Shown in pieces: positions 46,884 to 55,203 of a DNA stretch of 64,000 bases (within the stretch, counting starts at the first letter, position 1; each line of letters begins with the position of its first letter). The notes beneath the pieces were generated by a model. It was not told where the DNA came from. It saw only the letters and a list, made by a program, of their open reading frames with translations, and ran no database searches. This stretch comes from Planctomycetota bacterium. GTDB lineage: Bacteria; Planctomycetota; B15-G4. The DNA lies in contig JAQWOM010000014.1 in the NCBI GenBank assembly GCA_029245865.1, positions 2,206 to 66,205 on the forward strand, written 5' to 3'. Made by a program: the position numbers and the translations under genes.

Positions 46884-48158
46884 TCAGCTCTTCAGCAAGC
46901 GCTCATACTCTGCGGCAAGCTGCCGTGCGACAAGCCGCGCGTCATGCCGGGTTTCGGCGAGTTGCCGCCCGGCTGCACTCATCTGCTCACGACAGTTCGC
47001 GTCTAACAGGAGCGGTTTGAAGCCCTCCGAGAGAGCGACCCCATCCGAGGAGGCCAGGAGAATGCCGGCATCGCCGAGAACCTCCGAAACGGGAGCGCTC
47101 TCTGTTGCCAGCACCGGCAAGCCCGTAGCCAAGACCTCGGGCAGCACATAGGGAGAACTCTCTCCCCAGCTTGACTGCACCGCACCGGTCCACGCAAAGA
47201 CATCGGCCGCACGGTAGACGAGAGCACGATCTTCTTCTTCGAAGTTTGTCACCGTCAGCGCCCCCTGAATGCCAGCGCGCTGCGCGCTCCGCTTCAGGGC
47301 CTTTCGCATGGAGCGGGGACTTATAAGCACGAGGCGGACGCGTTGGCTGGAACATGCTGGATCCTTCGACAGGCGAGCCACCGCGCGCACCAGATCCTGC
47401 GCATCTTGGCGCCGGCGCGGATCCGCCACACCAAGAATCACAAACTCGTCGTCGGCGATCCCCAGGCGAGCACGAACTCCCCCATCTCCGCCGGAAGGTG
47501 TGAAGCGACCCACATCCACTCCCGTTGGAATCACCTTCACCTGAGCGGGCTTCGCGCCCTCACAGAGCAACTGCTGGCGACGAGATTCCGTCAGAGTGAT
47601 GTGAAGATCGGCCTCCTTCAACACAGCAGAACTCATGTCCCGCATGGTCTTGAATCGTTTGCTCGCAGAGGAGTGCCTCTCGCGCACTGTCGTGACAAGC
47701 TTGCAACCAGAAGCCCGCTTGGCTTGCAGCGCTTGCCAGGAGAAAGGGCGAAAGGTCTCGGATGTATGAACGATGTCAAACTCGCGAAGTTCGCTCAGCA
47801 GTCCCGTGTTAAGGGGCCCCCACCCGCATGCTGCCTGAAAGAAGAGGTTCACGTAGAAACCGATCTTCCCACTCGCCCGCGACATGGCATGGGCAAACGA
47901 ATCCGCGATGAGGTCTGCCTGGAATGGATGATCGAGGAGGTCGAAGTTCACCAGATCGACCCACTCGCGAAGATTGGCATCCATTGCCTTCTCGAACTGG
48001 GCAAAGGGCCTGCTGCGCAGCACAGCAACATGGGGACGTGCACAGCCCTCTGCCTCTCGAACCCATACGTCGGCGCTGCGCTCGAAAAGAGAGCCGCGCC
48101 GGCGATCAGATCGATCGACAACGAAAGAGATCGGAGAACTTGAACGTTTCATCTTCAT
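46884..48158 (-). CDS. GT4-family (GT-B) glycosyltransferase
   Basis: The C-terminal 'SSWGESSPYVLPEVLATGLPVLATESAPVSEVLGDAGILL' matches the E-x7-E region of retaining GT4 enzymes. Confidence 0.8.
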   Translation of the reverse strand: MKMKRSSSPISFVVDRSDRRRGSLFERSADVWVREAEGCARPHVAVLRSRPFAQFEKAMDANLREWVDLVNFDLLDHPFQADLIADSFAHAMSRASGKIGFYVNLFFQAACGWGPLNTGLLSELREFDIVHTSETFRPFSWQALQAKRASGCKLVTTVRERHSSASKRFKTMRDMSSAVLKEADLHITLTESRRQQLLCEGAKPAQVKVIPTGVDVGRFTPSGGDGGVRARLGIADDEFVILGVADPRRRQDAQDLVRAVARLSKDPACSSQRVRLVLISPRSMRKALKRSAQRAGIQGALTVTNFEEEDRALVYRAADVFAWTGAVQSSWGESSPYVLPEVLATGLPVLATESAPVSEVLGDAGILLASSDGVALSEGFKPLLLDANCREQMSAAGRQLAETRHDARLVARQLAAEYERLLKS

Positions 48159-48294
48159 GAATCTGATTCAGGTCATGCTTGACCGTTACGCCCTCTGAGA
48201 ACACTTGAAGGCCGGGTAGAAGCAGAGCTTCGTGAGACTCATCGACTGTCTGCACACCTCTCCTTTGCAAGAAATGGCGTGAAAGACCGGCACT

Positions 48295-49098
48295 TTGTGT
48301 CATGTCTGCCGAGGAGCGTGCCGATGCAAGGCATCCATGCCTTCGACAACTCAGATCCAACCCGCATCCGATCACCGCCTACCCACGGTGGTCCTTGGCG
48401 GTGTGCCCGTAGCCCGCCTCGGCCTCAGGCCCACCCTCGATGTCTTCATCGAGTGGCTTCAGGATGGCAGCGGCCCCCGCCGTGCAGCCACGGCAAACCT
48501 CTCCTGCCTTGAACTGGCCGGCCAGGACGACGAACTCCGTCGCTGCCTCTCAACAGCCGACATTGTCACAGCTGATGATGAACCCGTCGTCTGGCTGTCA
48601 AAACTTCGTGGCCAACCCATTGCCGAACGTGTTGCTGGCGCAGATTTTGTCTCACTGCTCGTGGGCGAGGCATCTCGCCTCGGGAAACGAATCTATTTCA
48701 TTGGCAGCAAGGAAAGCACAACTCTGGAGGCCATCAACGTTCTCCGCGAGCGCTACCCCAAGCTCATTGTGGTCGGCCATGCGTCCTCAACAGGAGACAT
48801 CCAGGAAGCTCGTGCTGGCCATGCCATGGCCGAGGCTGTCGCCAAGACGCAGGCAGACCTGGTCCTCGTGGACGTGAGTTGCCCTGAGCAAAACCTCTTC
48901 ATCGAACAGAACCTGCACACGCTGAACTGCCAACTCGCCATTGGCGTCAGTGAAGCCTTTCACTTCATCGCTGGTCACAACCCTTCCACACCTGCCTTCA
49001 TGCGACGCCTCTGGGACCGGTCTGTGCGTCACGGCATGTGCTTCATGCGGCTGCTCATCACCATCATTCTCAGCCGAAGTTTCAGCGCCTCATTCTGA
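48295..49098 (+). CDS. WecG/TagA/CpsF-family (GT26) glycosyltransferase
   Basis: 'TANLSCLELA', 'ADIVTADDEPVVW', 'RVAGADF', 'IYFIGSKE', 'LVLVDVSCPEQNLFI' and 'AIGVSEAFHFIAG' follow the GT26 family pattern. The start may instead be ATG 48337. Confidence 0.8.
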   Translation: MCHVCRGACRCKASMPSTTQIQPASDHRLPTVVLGGVPVARLGLRPTLDVFIEWLQDGSGPRRAATANLSCLELAGQDDELRRCLSTADIVTADDEPVVWLSKLRGQPIAERVAGADFVSLLVGEASRLGKRIYFIGSKESTTLEAINVLRERYPKLIVVGHASSTGDIQEARAGHAMAEAVAKTQADLVLVDVSCPEQNLFIEQNLHTLNCQLAIGVSEAFHFIAGHNPSTPAFMRRLWDRSVRHGMCFMRLLITIILSRSFSASF

Positions 49099-49142
49099 CT
49101 GAAACCAAATGATGGTTTGCTGAACGGCCCTGGAGCGAATGC

Positions 49143-49760
49143 TCAGTAAGCCGTTTTCTGCTGATGCCCGAAGCAGTCTTCTCGACCATCGACTCGAACG
49201 CCTCGGCCGAAGAACAGCTCTCTCTTCGTGAGGTCGTCACCATAAACATGCAGTGAGATGGCACGCTCAGTGCCGACGTTCCGAACGCGATGCACCTCGC
49301 TGTCTGCGCCCAGATTGTCGCCAGTGAGACCGGCCGACAGGATCTCACGGCGCACTTCGTTGACGACGAAGGGAGAGCTGCCGTCATCTTCGGCGACCGC
49401 ATAATCTGTCACTTCGAGTCCACCTTCCAGGATTCCGAAGACACACCAGGTGTCATGATCGTGAATGGGCGTCACTGCCCCCGGCTCCCAGAGCAACACA
49501 ACGACCGTGAACCCGAGAGCTTCGTCGGAAACAACTTGATGACGACGGTAGCCGCCGGGCAAACGCTTCTCCGGATCCGACTCACGCCACATGGCGTCAA
49601 GGTCGCAACCCATGACCACGGCTTCTGAAATGGCGTGACGGCCCGCCACAATCAATTCGGAGAACTGCTTCGCCGAAGGGCAAGTTTCACGCAATGATTC
49701 GGCGACGGCCGTCGTCAGGCTGGGGCTTTGCTGTTCGGGCATAAGTGACCAGTCTAGCAT
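49143..49760 (-). CDS. cysteine dioxygenase type I-like cupin (thiol dioxygenase family)
   Basis: 'WEPGAVTPIHDHDTWCVFGILEGGLEVTDY' and '...VHRVRN...' fit the CDO_I cupin metal-binding pattern. Length is 205 aa. The gene lies 28 nt downstream of the radical SAM gene. Confidence 0.55.
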   Translation of the reverse strand: MLDWSLMPEQQSPSLTTAVAESLRETCPSAKQFSELIVAGRHAISEAVVMGCDLDAMWRESDPEKRLPGGYRRHQVVSDEALGFTVVVLLWEPGAVTPIHDHDTWCVFGILEGGLEVTDYAVAEDDGSSPFVVNEVRREILSAGLTGDNLGADSEVHRVRNVGTERAISLHVYGDDLTKRELFFGRGVRVDGREDCFGHQQKTAY

Positions 49761-49787
49761 CGAATCCAGATGTGAACAGTCGACGCG

Positions 49788-51317
49788 CTAACTCCGCGCT
49801 CCGACATGTCTTCGCAGGAAATGAGACACATCAAGGCCTGCCACAACAAGCGCCTTGAGATGCTCGAAGCTGCGTACTTTCTTCAGAGACTTCCACGCAA
49901 AGCTCGGTCGCAGGTAGAACGCTTGCAGAAAGCGCTTCTGTGTATCGACCATCTGCTGGCTTGTGAAATGCGTGAAGCGCCAGGGTGGAACACGTGGGTA
50001 GTAGCCATACTGCGCCCAGTCAGGCCGGCCGCTCGGGAGCAAGTCCAGAAAGCCGCGCTCTTTGCACTCATTCCATAGCTCTGTACCTGGGTACGGACAG
50101 GCAATGGTGAATGTCAGGAAGTCTGGCTCGATTTCTTTCGCAAGCTGGCGAGTGAGTTGCACTTCCTCCGGGGTCTCGTCGACATGGCTACCGAGCATGA
50201 GATAGGCCGTGCGCAAGATCCCGGCACGCTTTGCTTCTTCAAAGACAGTCACCACGCGGCTTCGCGTCACGAGCTTTTGATTCAGTTCAAGAATCCGCTC
50301 AGATCCGCTCTCGACGCCAAAGTCGATCTTCTTGCAACCAGAGGCAGCCATCAGCTCGAAATGCTCACGCTGCAATCCATCGACACGTGCGTTGCAGCTC
50401 CAGGTGATCTCACGCCGAATGAGCTCTTCGGCCAACTCTTCTAAAAATCGAAGTGTTGGCGGAAAAATGTCGTCCTCAAAGTTGAGGTGATTGACACCAC
50501 GACCCACGAGCTCGTCGATCTCTTCCAGAACCCGTTCAACCGAACGTCGACGAATGCCGGGCCGTGCACGTTCTCCCCACACCAGATTGGTACTGCAGAA
50601 AACACAACGTGCGTAACAGCCACGAGAGAGGTGAACCTGCGCAGCGCGTATTCCTTTGCGCACAATTCCTGGGCTGGCCACGCCTTTGGAACCCGCCATG
50701 CGTTCGTAAGCACTCCAATCCAAGAGGCTTCGGTCGAGTGGTGCGAGGCTATCGAGATCTTCCAGCGGATCACGCCACCCGGTAAACCCTCCCTGGCGTA
50801 AATGCAGTCCGGAAATAGACGTCAGATCGGAACGCCCCCGAGCGGTCTCAAGCGCATCGCAGAGTTCAACGATCGAAACATCACCCTCGCCAATACAGAT
50901 GGCGTCAAGTTCAGGAATCTCATCCAACAGATCTTCGGGAAGCGCCGTCGCGTGCGGACCGCCAGCGATCGTGAAAACATCGGGCAACTGGGCGCGAACC
51001 TTCGACAACAACACGCCCGCCCCTGGGACGTGGGGCGTGACCACCGAGACTCCCACCACCGCGGGCTGTTGGCTTGCCAGCGCCTCGTGAAGTGAATCGA
51101 GCCCTCCGGATGCGACTTCGAGATCCAGCACCGAGGCGTGGTGCCCACATCGATTTAACTCACTCGCAAGCCCGATCAAGTTCGTGGGGTGCTGCAGATT
51201 CTGACGACTCATACGCCCCAAAATTGACGGCGGTCGAACGAGCAGGACATTCACGTCAGTTTGTTCCGGCAGCGGGCACGATGAACCTATCAATCGGGGA
51301 GAAAGCGCTGTCCCCAC
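49788..51317 (-). CDS. B12-binding-domain radical SAM enzyme
   Basis: The N-terminal Rossmann-like cobalamin-binding region is 'VLLVRPP...PTNLIGLASEL...VGVSVVTP'. It is followed by 'SRGCYARCVFCS' (CxxxCxxC). Length is 509 aa. Confidence 0.85.
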   Translation of the reverse strand: MGTALSPRLIGSSCPLPEQTDVNVLLVRPPSILGRMSRQNLQHPTNLIGLASELNRCGHHASVLDLEVASGGLDSLHEALASQQPAVVGVSVVTPHVPGAGVLLSKVRAQLPDVFTIAGGPHATALPEDLLDEIPELDAICIGEGDVSIVELCDALETARGRSDLTSISGLHLRQGGFTGWRDPLEDLDSLAPLDRSLLDWSAYERMAGSKGVASPGIVRKGIRAAQVHLSRGCYARCVFCSTNLVWGERARPGIRRRSVERVLEEIDELVGRGVNHLNFEDDIFPPTLRFLEELAEELIRREITWSCNARVDGLQREHFELMAASGCKKIDFGVESGSERILELNQKLVTRSRVVTVFEEAKRAGILRTAYLMLGSHVDETPEEVQLTRQLAKEIEPDFLTFTIACPYPGTELWNECKERGFLDLLPSGRPDWAQYGYYPRVPPWRFTHFTSQQMVDTQKRFLQAFYLRPSFAWKSLKKVRSFEHLKALVVAGLDVSHFLRRHVGARS

Positions 51318-51478
51318 AGAGAGGGTAGCAAGCCGCCGAGTTGGCAGCGCCCGCCCCTTCTCTCTACAAGCCTCTCTTCAGACGCCCAGGATCTGGCGGA
51401 CTGACATCGTGAATACGGCGGAATCTCTCTGAGCACGACCCAAGACAGTGCCCGGCTTCCCCGGTAAACTCGCTGCCC

Positions 51479-53203
51479 ATGAGCCTTCCTCCGCCACGAC
51501 ACGACCGCCTGGTCTCTCACCTCCTCCGGGATCAGGCTGCTGAACGCCCGGACAAGGAAGCGCTGGCCTACCCGGCCTTCACGCAAAACGGAACGGCTGT
51601 TCGTCTCAACTTCTCCCAGCTAGACGCCGAGGTCGACCGTCTCGCACGCGGGCTCATTGCGCTCGGTATTCGGAAGGGCGAACACGTCGCTGTCTGGGCC
51701 GGCAATGTCTCAAGCTGGATCCCCCTGGAGTTTGCACTGGCCCGCGTCGGAGCCGTGCTGGTCACAGTGAACACCTCGCTGCAACCAGATGAAGTGGCTT
51801 ACATTTTAAGTCAGAGCCACGCTGTCGCTGTCATCCACACGACGTGCAATGGAAGCACGCAGGCCAGCGCCACACTGGACAACTTGTTGGCCGCGGAAAC
51901 CACAGGCCAACCTTCTTCAACTTCTGATCATCCGGTCTTGCCCGATCGCTTGCGCCTTCGCATCTGGCTGCCTTCACTTGCAGACGAAGCGCCCCCAAGC
52001 ATGCGAGCACCAAGAACGGGCGAGGCCGTCACGGTGCAACAGTTGTACGAACGTGGCAACAAGGTCTCTCTAGACGAGGTTCGCTTGCGCGAAAACTCGT
52101 TGGACTCTGGCGACGTCATCAACATTCAATACACCTCGGGGACAACGGGCTTTCCAAAGGGCGTCATGCTGAGTCACGTCAACATGATGACCAGTGCCTA
52201 CGCCCTCGGCGATGAGCTCGAACTGACTCCGGAAGACCGTGTCGTTCTCATGGTGCCGCTCTTCCATTGCTTCGGTTGCGTCGTGGCCGTCCTGGGCACC
52301 TTTACCTACGGCGCCAGCCTGCACGCCCTACCCGCATTTGAGCCCGGAGATGCCTTAAGGCTCATCCACGAAGAACGCTGTACGGTCATTCATGGCGTAC
52401 CCACCATGTACAGCGCGATGATCGCTCACGACGATCTCAAGAAATACGACACGAGCTCACTACGTACGGGCTTGGCAGCTGGAGCTCCCTGCCCTGTGCC
52501 GCTCATGGCAGCCATCCGAGACGAGCTGAAATGTGAGGGGATTCTCGTCGCATTCGGCCTCACCGAAGCCGCGCCTGGCGTTTCGGGGTGTCGACCTGGC
52601 GACACGTTCGAAGCGCGCAGTGAAACCATCGGTCGACCTATTTATGCCGTGGAAATGCGCATCGCAGATCCCGCCACGCTCGAACCGGTCCCGGATGGCA
52701 CCGAAGGAGAGATCCAGGTCCGCGGCCCGAACGTGATGGTGGGTTATCACAACGACCCACAAGCCACTGCCGCAAGCATGACTCCAGACGGCTGGTTGAA
52801 AACGGGTGATCTCGGAACCTGCGGGCCCGACGGACTTTTCCGAGTCGTTGGCCGCATCAAGAACATCATCATTCGCGGTGGCGAAAACATTGCCCCCGCC
52901 GAAATCGAGAATCTTCTCCGTGCACACCCAGACATCCTCGATGCAGCCGTTGTCGGCATCCGAGATGAAAAGTTTGGCGAAGAAGTGGCGGCTGCCTTGC
53001 GGCTCTCTCCAGGTAAATCCGTCGACATCGACAGCTACAAGGCGGCTCTCGAGGGTCGCATTGGAAGCTTCAAGCAGCCCAAAACTTTTCACGTCTTCGA
53101 GGCCTTCCCGTTAACAGGCTCCGGCAAAGTGAAGAAGTTCTTGCTCTCAAAGTGGATTGAAGGCGAACTCGGCATCCACTCAGAAGAACCCGCGCAGAGA
53201 TAA
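51479..53203 (+). CDS. acyl-CoA synthetase / fatty-acid--CoA ligase (ANL superfamily)
   Basis: AMP-binding motif 'IQYTSGTTGFPKGVMLSH', plus 'FGLTEA', 'GWLKTGDLG' and 'IIRGGENI', with a C-terminal 'GKVKK'. Confidence 0.9.
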   Translation: MSLPPPRHDRLVSHLLRDQAAERPDKEALAYPAFTQNGTAVRLNFSQLDAEVDRLARGLIALGIRKGEHVAVWAGNVSSWIPLEFALARVGAVLVTVNTSLQPDEVAYILSQSHAVAVIHTTCNGSTQASATLDNLLAAETTGQPSSTSDHPVLPDRLRLRIWLPSLADEAPPSMRAPRTGEAVTVQQLYERGNKVSLDEVRLRENSLDSGDVINIQYTSGTTGFPKGVMLSHVNMMTSAYALGDELELTPEDRVVLMVPLFHCFGCVVAVLGTFTYGASLHALPAFEPGDALRLIHEERCTVIHGVPTMYSAMIAHDDLKKYDTSSLRTGLAAGAPCPVPLMAAIRDELKCEGILVAFGLTEAAPGVSGCRPGDTFEARSETIGRPIYAVEMRIADPATLEPVPDGTEGEIQVRGPNVMVGYHNDPQATAASMTPDGWLKTGDLGTCGPDGLFRVVGRIKNIIIRGGENIAPAEIENLLRAHPDILDAAVVGIRDEKFGEEVAAALRLSPGKSVDIDSYKAALEGRIGSFKQPKTFHVFEAFPLTGSGKVKKFLLSKWIEGELGIHSEEPAQR

Positions 53204-53247
53204 CGCGGTTCCTCCGAGGGGCGTGCTGAAGGGCCCGGACACCCCAC

Positions 53248-53267
53248 AGAGGCAAAATCGCCTCTTT
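53248..53267 (+). terminator. weak hairpin after the acyl-CoA ligase gene
   Basis: agaggc-aaaatc-gcctct followed by ttg. The stem is short and the T-tract is poor. Confidence 0.25.
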
Positions 53268-53483
53268 GCTCTGCAGGCCCCTCAGTGCATCGATCCCACG
53301 TCTCTCGAAAGGCACCCTCTGACTGGCCTTGCTGGCTTGAAGGGGCCAATCTGGTAAACCGTGCATTGTTAACAACGACCGGGCTACCGCTGGGGTTCAC
53401 GGAGGGCGTCAAGCGACACGATGATTGGCTCATTCTGAATCTGGGTCTGCCGACACATCGCCGCCTCAAAAACGTTTCGAACC

Positions 53484-54374
53484 ATGAGCCACCCCTTCAC
53501 GCCAGAGCCTGAGAACTCAAGACGCGACGAGACCGCGCCTTTCCAATCTGCTGCACTGGATGCGGAAGGTCTTGCGCCTGCGGCACACTCGTCACCGGGT
53601 CAACCACACCCGCTCCCTGGAGCTCCTACTCTCGTCATTCGCGAAGGCGCCTACCTGATTCGCTTCGCACAAAACGAGAAGGATCTTTCCGCGGCCTTGC
53701 GACTCCGTTACGAGGTCTTCAACCTCGAGCTAGGTGAAGGTCTCGAACAAAGCCACGCGAGTGGGCGCGATGAAGACACCTTCGACGCCGGTTGCCACCA
53801 TCTGATTGTCGAGCATGAACCGACGGGCCAGATCATTGGCACCTACCGCATGCAGACCCAAGAGATGGCCGAAGCAAACGGGGGCTTCTATTCAGATGGG
53901 GAGTTCGACCTCTCAGGGTTTCCTCACGCGGTACTGAAACAGTCAGTCGAGCTCGGCCGTGCCTGCGTCGCACAGGAACACCGTCGACAGCGAGTCTTGT
54001 TCGGGCTGTGGAAAGGCCTCGCGGCCTACGTCACGTTCATGAACAAGCGGTACCTCTTTGGCTGCTGCTCGCTGACCAGCCAGGACCCTCAGCAGGGGCG
54101 TATGGTGCTTGAGAAGCTCCGGCTCGACGGGCTCATTCACCCTGACTACATCGTGAAGCCACGCCCCGACATGCTGTGCGAAGACTCGAACTCGCCAATC
54201 GCTGACCCAAGCTCCGTCAAACTGCCAACTTTGTTCGGCACTTACCTGCGCTTCGGCGCCTTGGTCTGCAGCCCGCCTGCCATCGACCGAGAGTTCAAGA
54301 CCATCGACTATCTGGTTCTCATGGACTCGGCCACACTGCCCGCCCGAACTCGGGCGACTTTTTTCGGCGATTGA
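53484..54374 (+). CDS. OlsB/GlsB-like N-acyltransferase (GNAT Acetyltransf_5; lyso-aminolipid synthase)
   Basis: The core 'YLIRFAQNEKDLSAALRLRYEVFNLELGEGL...DEDTFDAGCHHLIVEH..TGQIIGTYRM' and '...ELGRACVAQEHR' resemble the N-acyl amino acid synthase/OlsB family. A PlsC-family acyltransferase follows immediately, as in olsBA and glsBA pairs. Confidence 0.65.
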   Translation: MSHPFTPEPENSRRDETAPFQSAALDAEGLAPAAHSSPGQPHPLPGAPTLVIREGAYLIRFAQNEKDLSAALRLRYEVFNLELGEGLEQSHASGRDEDTFDAGCHHLIVEHEPTGQIIGTYRMQTQEMAEANGGFYSDGEFDLSGFPHAVLKQSVELGRACVAQEHRRQRVLFGLWKGLAAYVTFMNKRYLFGCCSLTSQDPQQGRMVLEKLRLDGLIHPDYIVKPRPDMLCEDSNSPIADPSSVKLPTLFGTYLRFGALVCSPPAIDREFKTIDYLVLMDSATLPARTRATFFGD

Positions 54375-54399
54375 GGTCGATCGCCGACTCGGAGACCTC

Positions 54400-55203
54400 G
54401 TGAATCAGTTGCGAGCCACTCTGCGCCTCGGCGCCTTCTTTATCTGGTGCGGCGGTGCATTCGCCGCCTCATTGCTCGCTCAGTTGATGATCGTGCTCAT
54501 GCCTTCCGTCGGCGTGTCGGCGAAACGCATCACAGCAAAGGTCTGGGCACGTGGAGTTTGCCTGATCATTGGCTTGCAAGTCGACGTGCAGGGCTCGCCA
54601 CCAGAACCTCCGTTCATCCTGGTTTCAAATCACCTGAGCTACATCGACATCGTCACGCTCATGTCCGTGATCCCTGGTGTGTTCGTCGCCAAGTCCGAAG
54701 TGGCCAATTGGCCTCTTCTTGGTCCGCTGTCCCGCGTGGCCAGCACCATTTTTGTCGACAGACAGAGCAAAAAAGACGTGGTTCGAGTCAATGCCGAGAT
54801 TGATCGCATCCTGGCACGCGGTGAAGGCTTGATCATGTTCCCTGAAGGAACGTCCTCGCAGGGAAGGAGCGTGTTGCCCTTCCGTTCATCGCTCTTGCAG
54901 CCAGCATGTAGCGCCGGGCATCCCGTGAACTACGCAAGTCTCAGCTATCACACCCCCTCCGGAGCCCCCCCTGCAGAGATGTCGGTGTGCTGGTGGGGAG
55001 ACATGACATTCGGAGATCACTTCTGGGGGCTCCTCCAACTTCCGAGCATCGAGGGCTCGATCTCTTTCGGCGATCAATCTGTCGCCGCAGGCTCGCGCCA
55101 TGAACTCGCACATGCGTTGCAAATCGCTGTCATCGAGAATTTCAGGCCGGTTTCTGACACCCCGGAGGGCGAACCAGAAACCAAGTGCATGGATCTCAAC
55201 TAA
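54400..55203 (+). CDS. PlsC-family lysolipid O-acyltransferase (OlsA/GlsA-like)
   Basis: The acyltransferase motifs 'VSNHLSYIDI' (HX4D), 'VFVAKSE', 'MFPEGTSS' and 'P...' are present, with an N-terminal TM helix. Confidence 0.8.
   Translation: MNQLRATLRLGAFFIWCGGAFAASLLAQLMIVLMPSVGVSAKRITAKVWARGVCLIIGLQVDVQGSPPEPPFILVSNHLSYIDIVTLMSVIPGVFVAKSEVANWPLLGPLSRVASTIFVDRQSKKDVVRVNAEIDRILARGEGLIMFPEGTSSQGRSVLPFRSSLLQPACSAGHPVNYASLSYHTPSGAPPAEMSVCWWGDMTFGDHFWGLLQLPSIEGSISFGDQSVAAGSRHELAHALQIAVIENFRPVSDTPEGEPETKCMDLN

Noticed and set aside
51318-51478. Looked for a cobalamin riboswitch or another leader element in the divergent region next to the B12-radical-SAM gene.
   Set aside because: I could not find a B12-box-like consensus or a convincing multi-stem architecture by eye. 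Only an Infernal scan (RF00174) could settle this.
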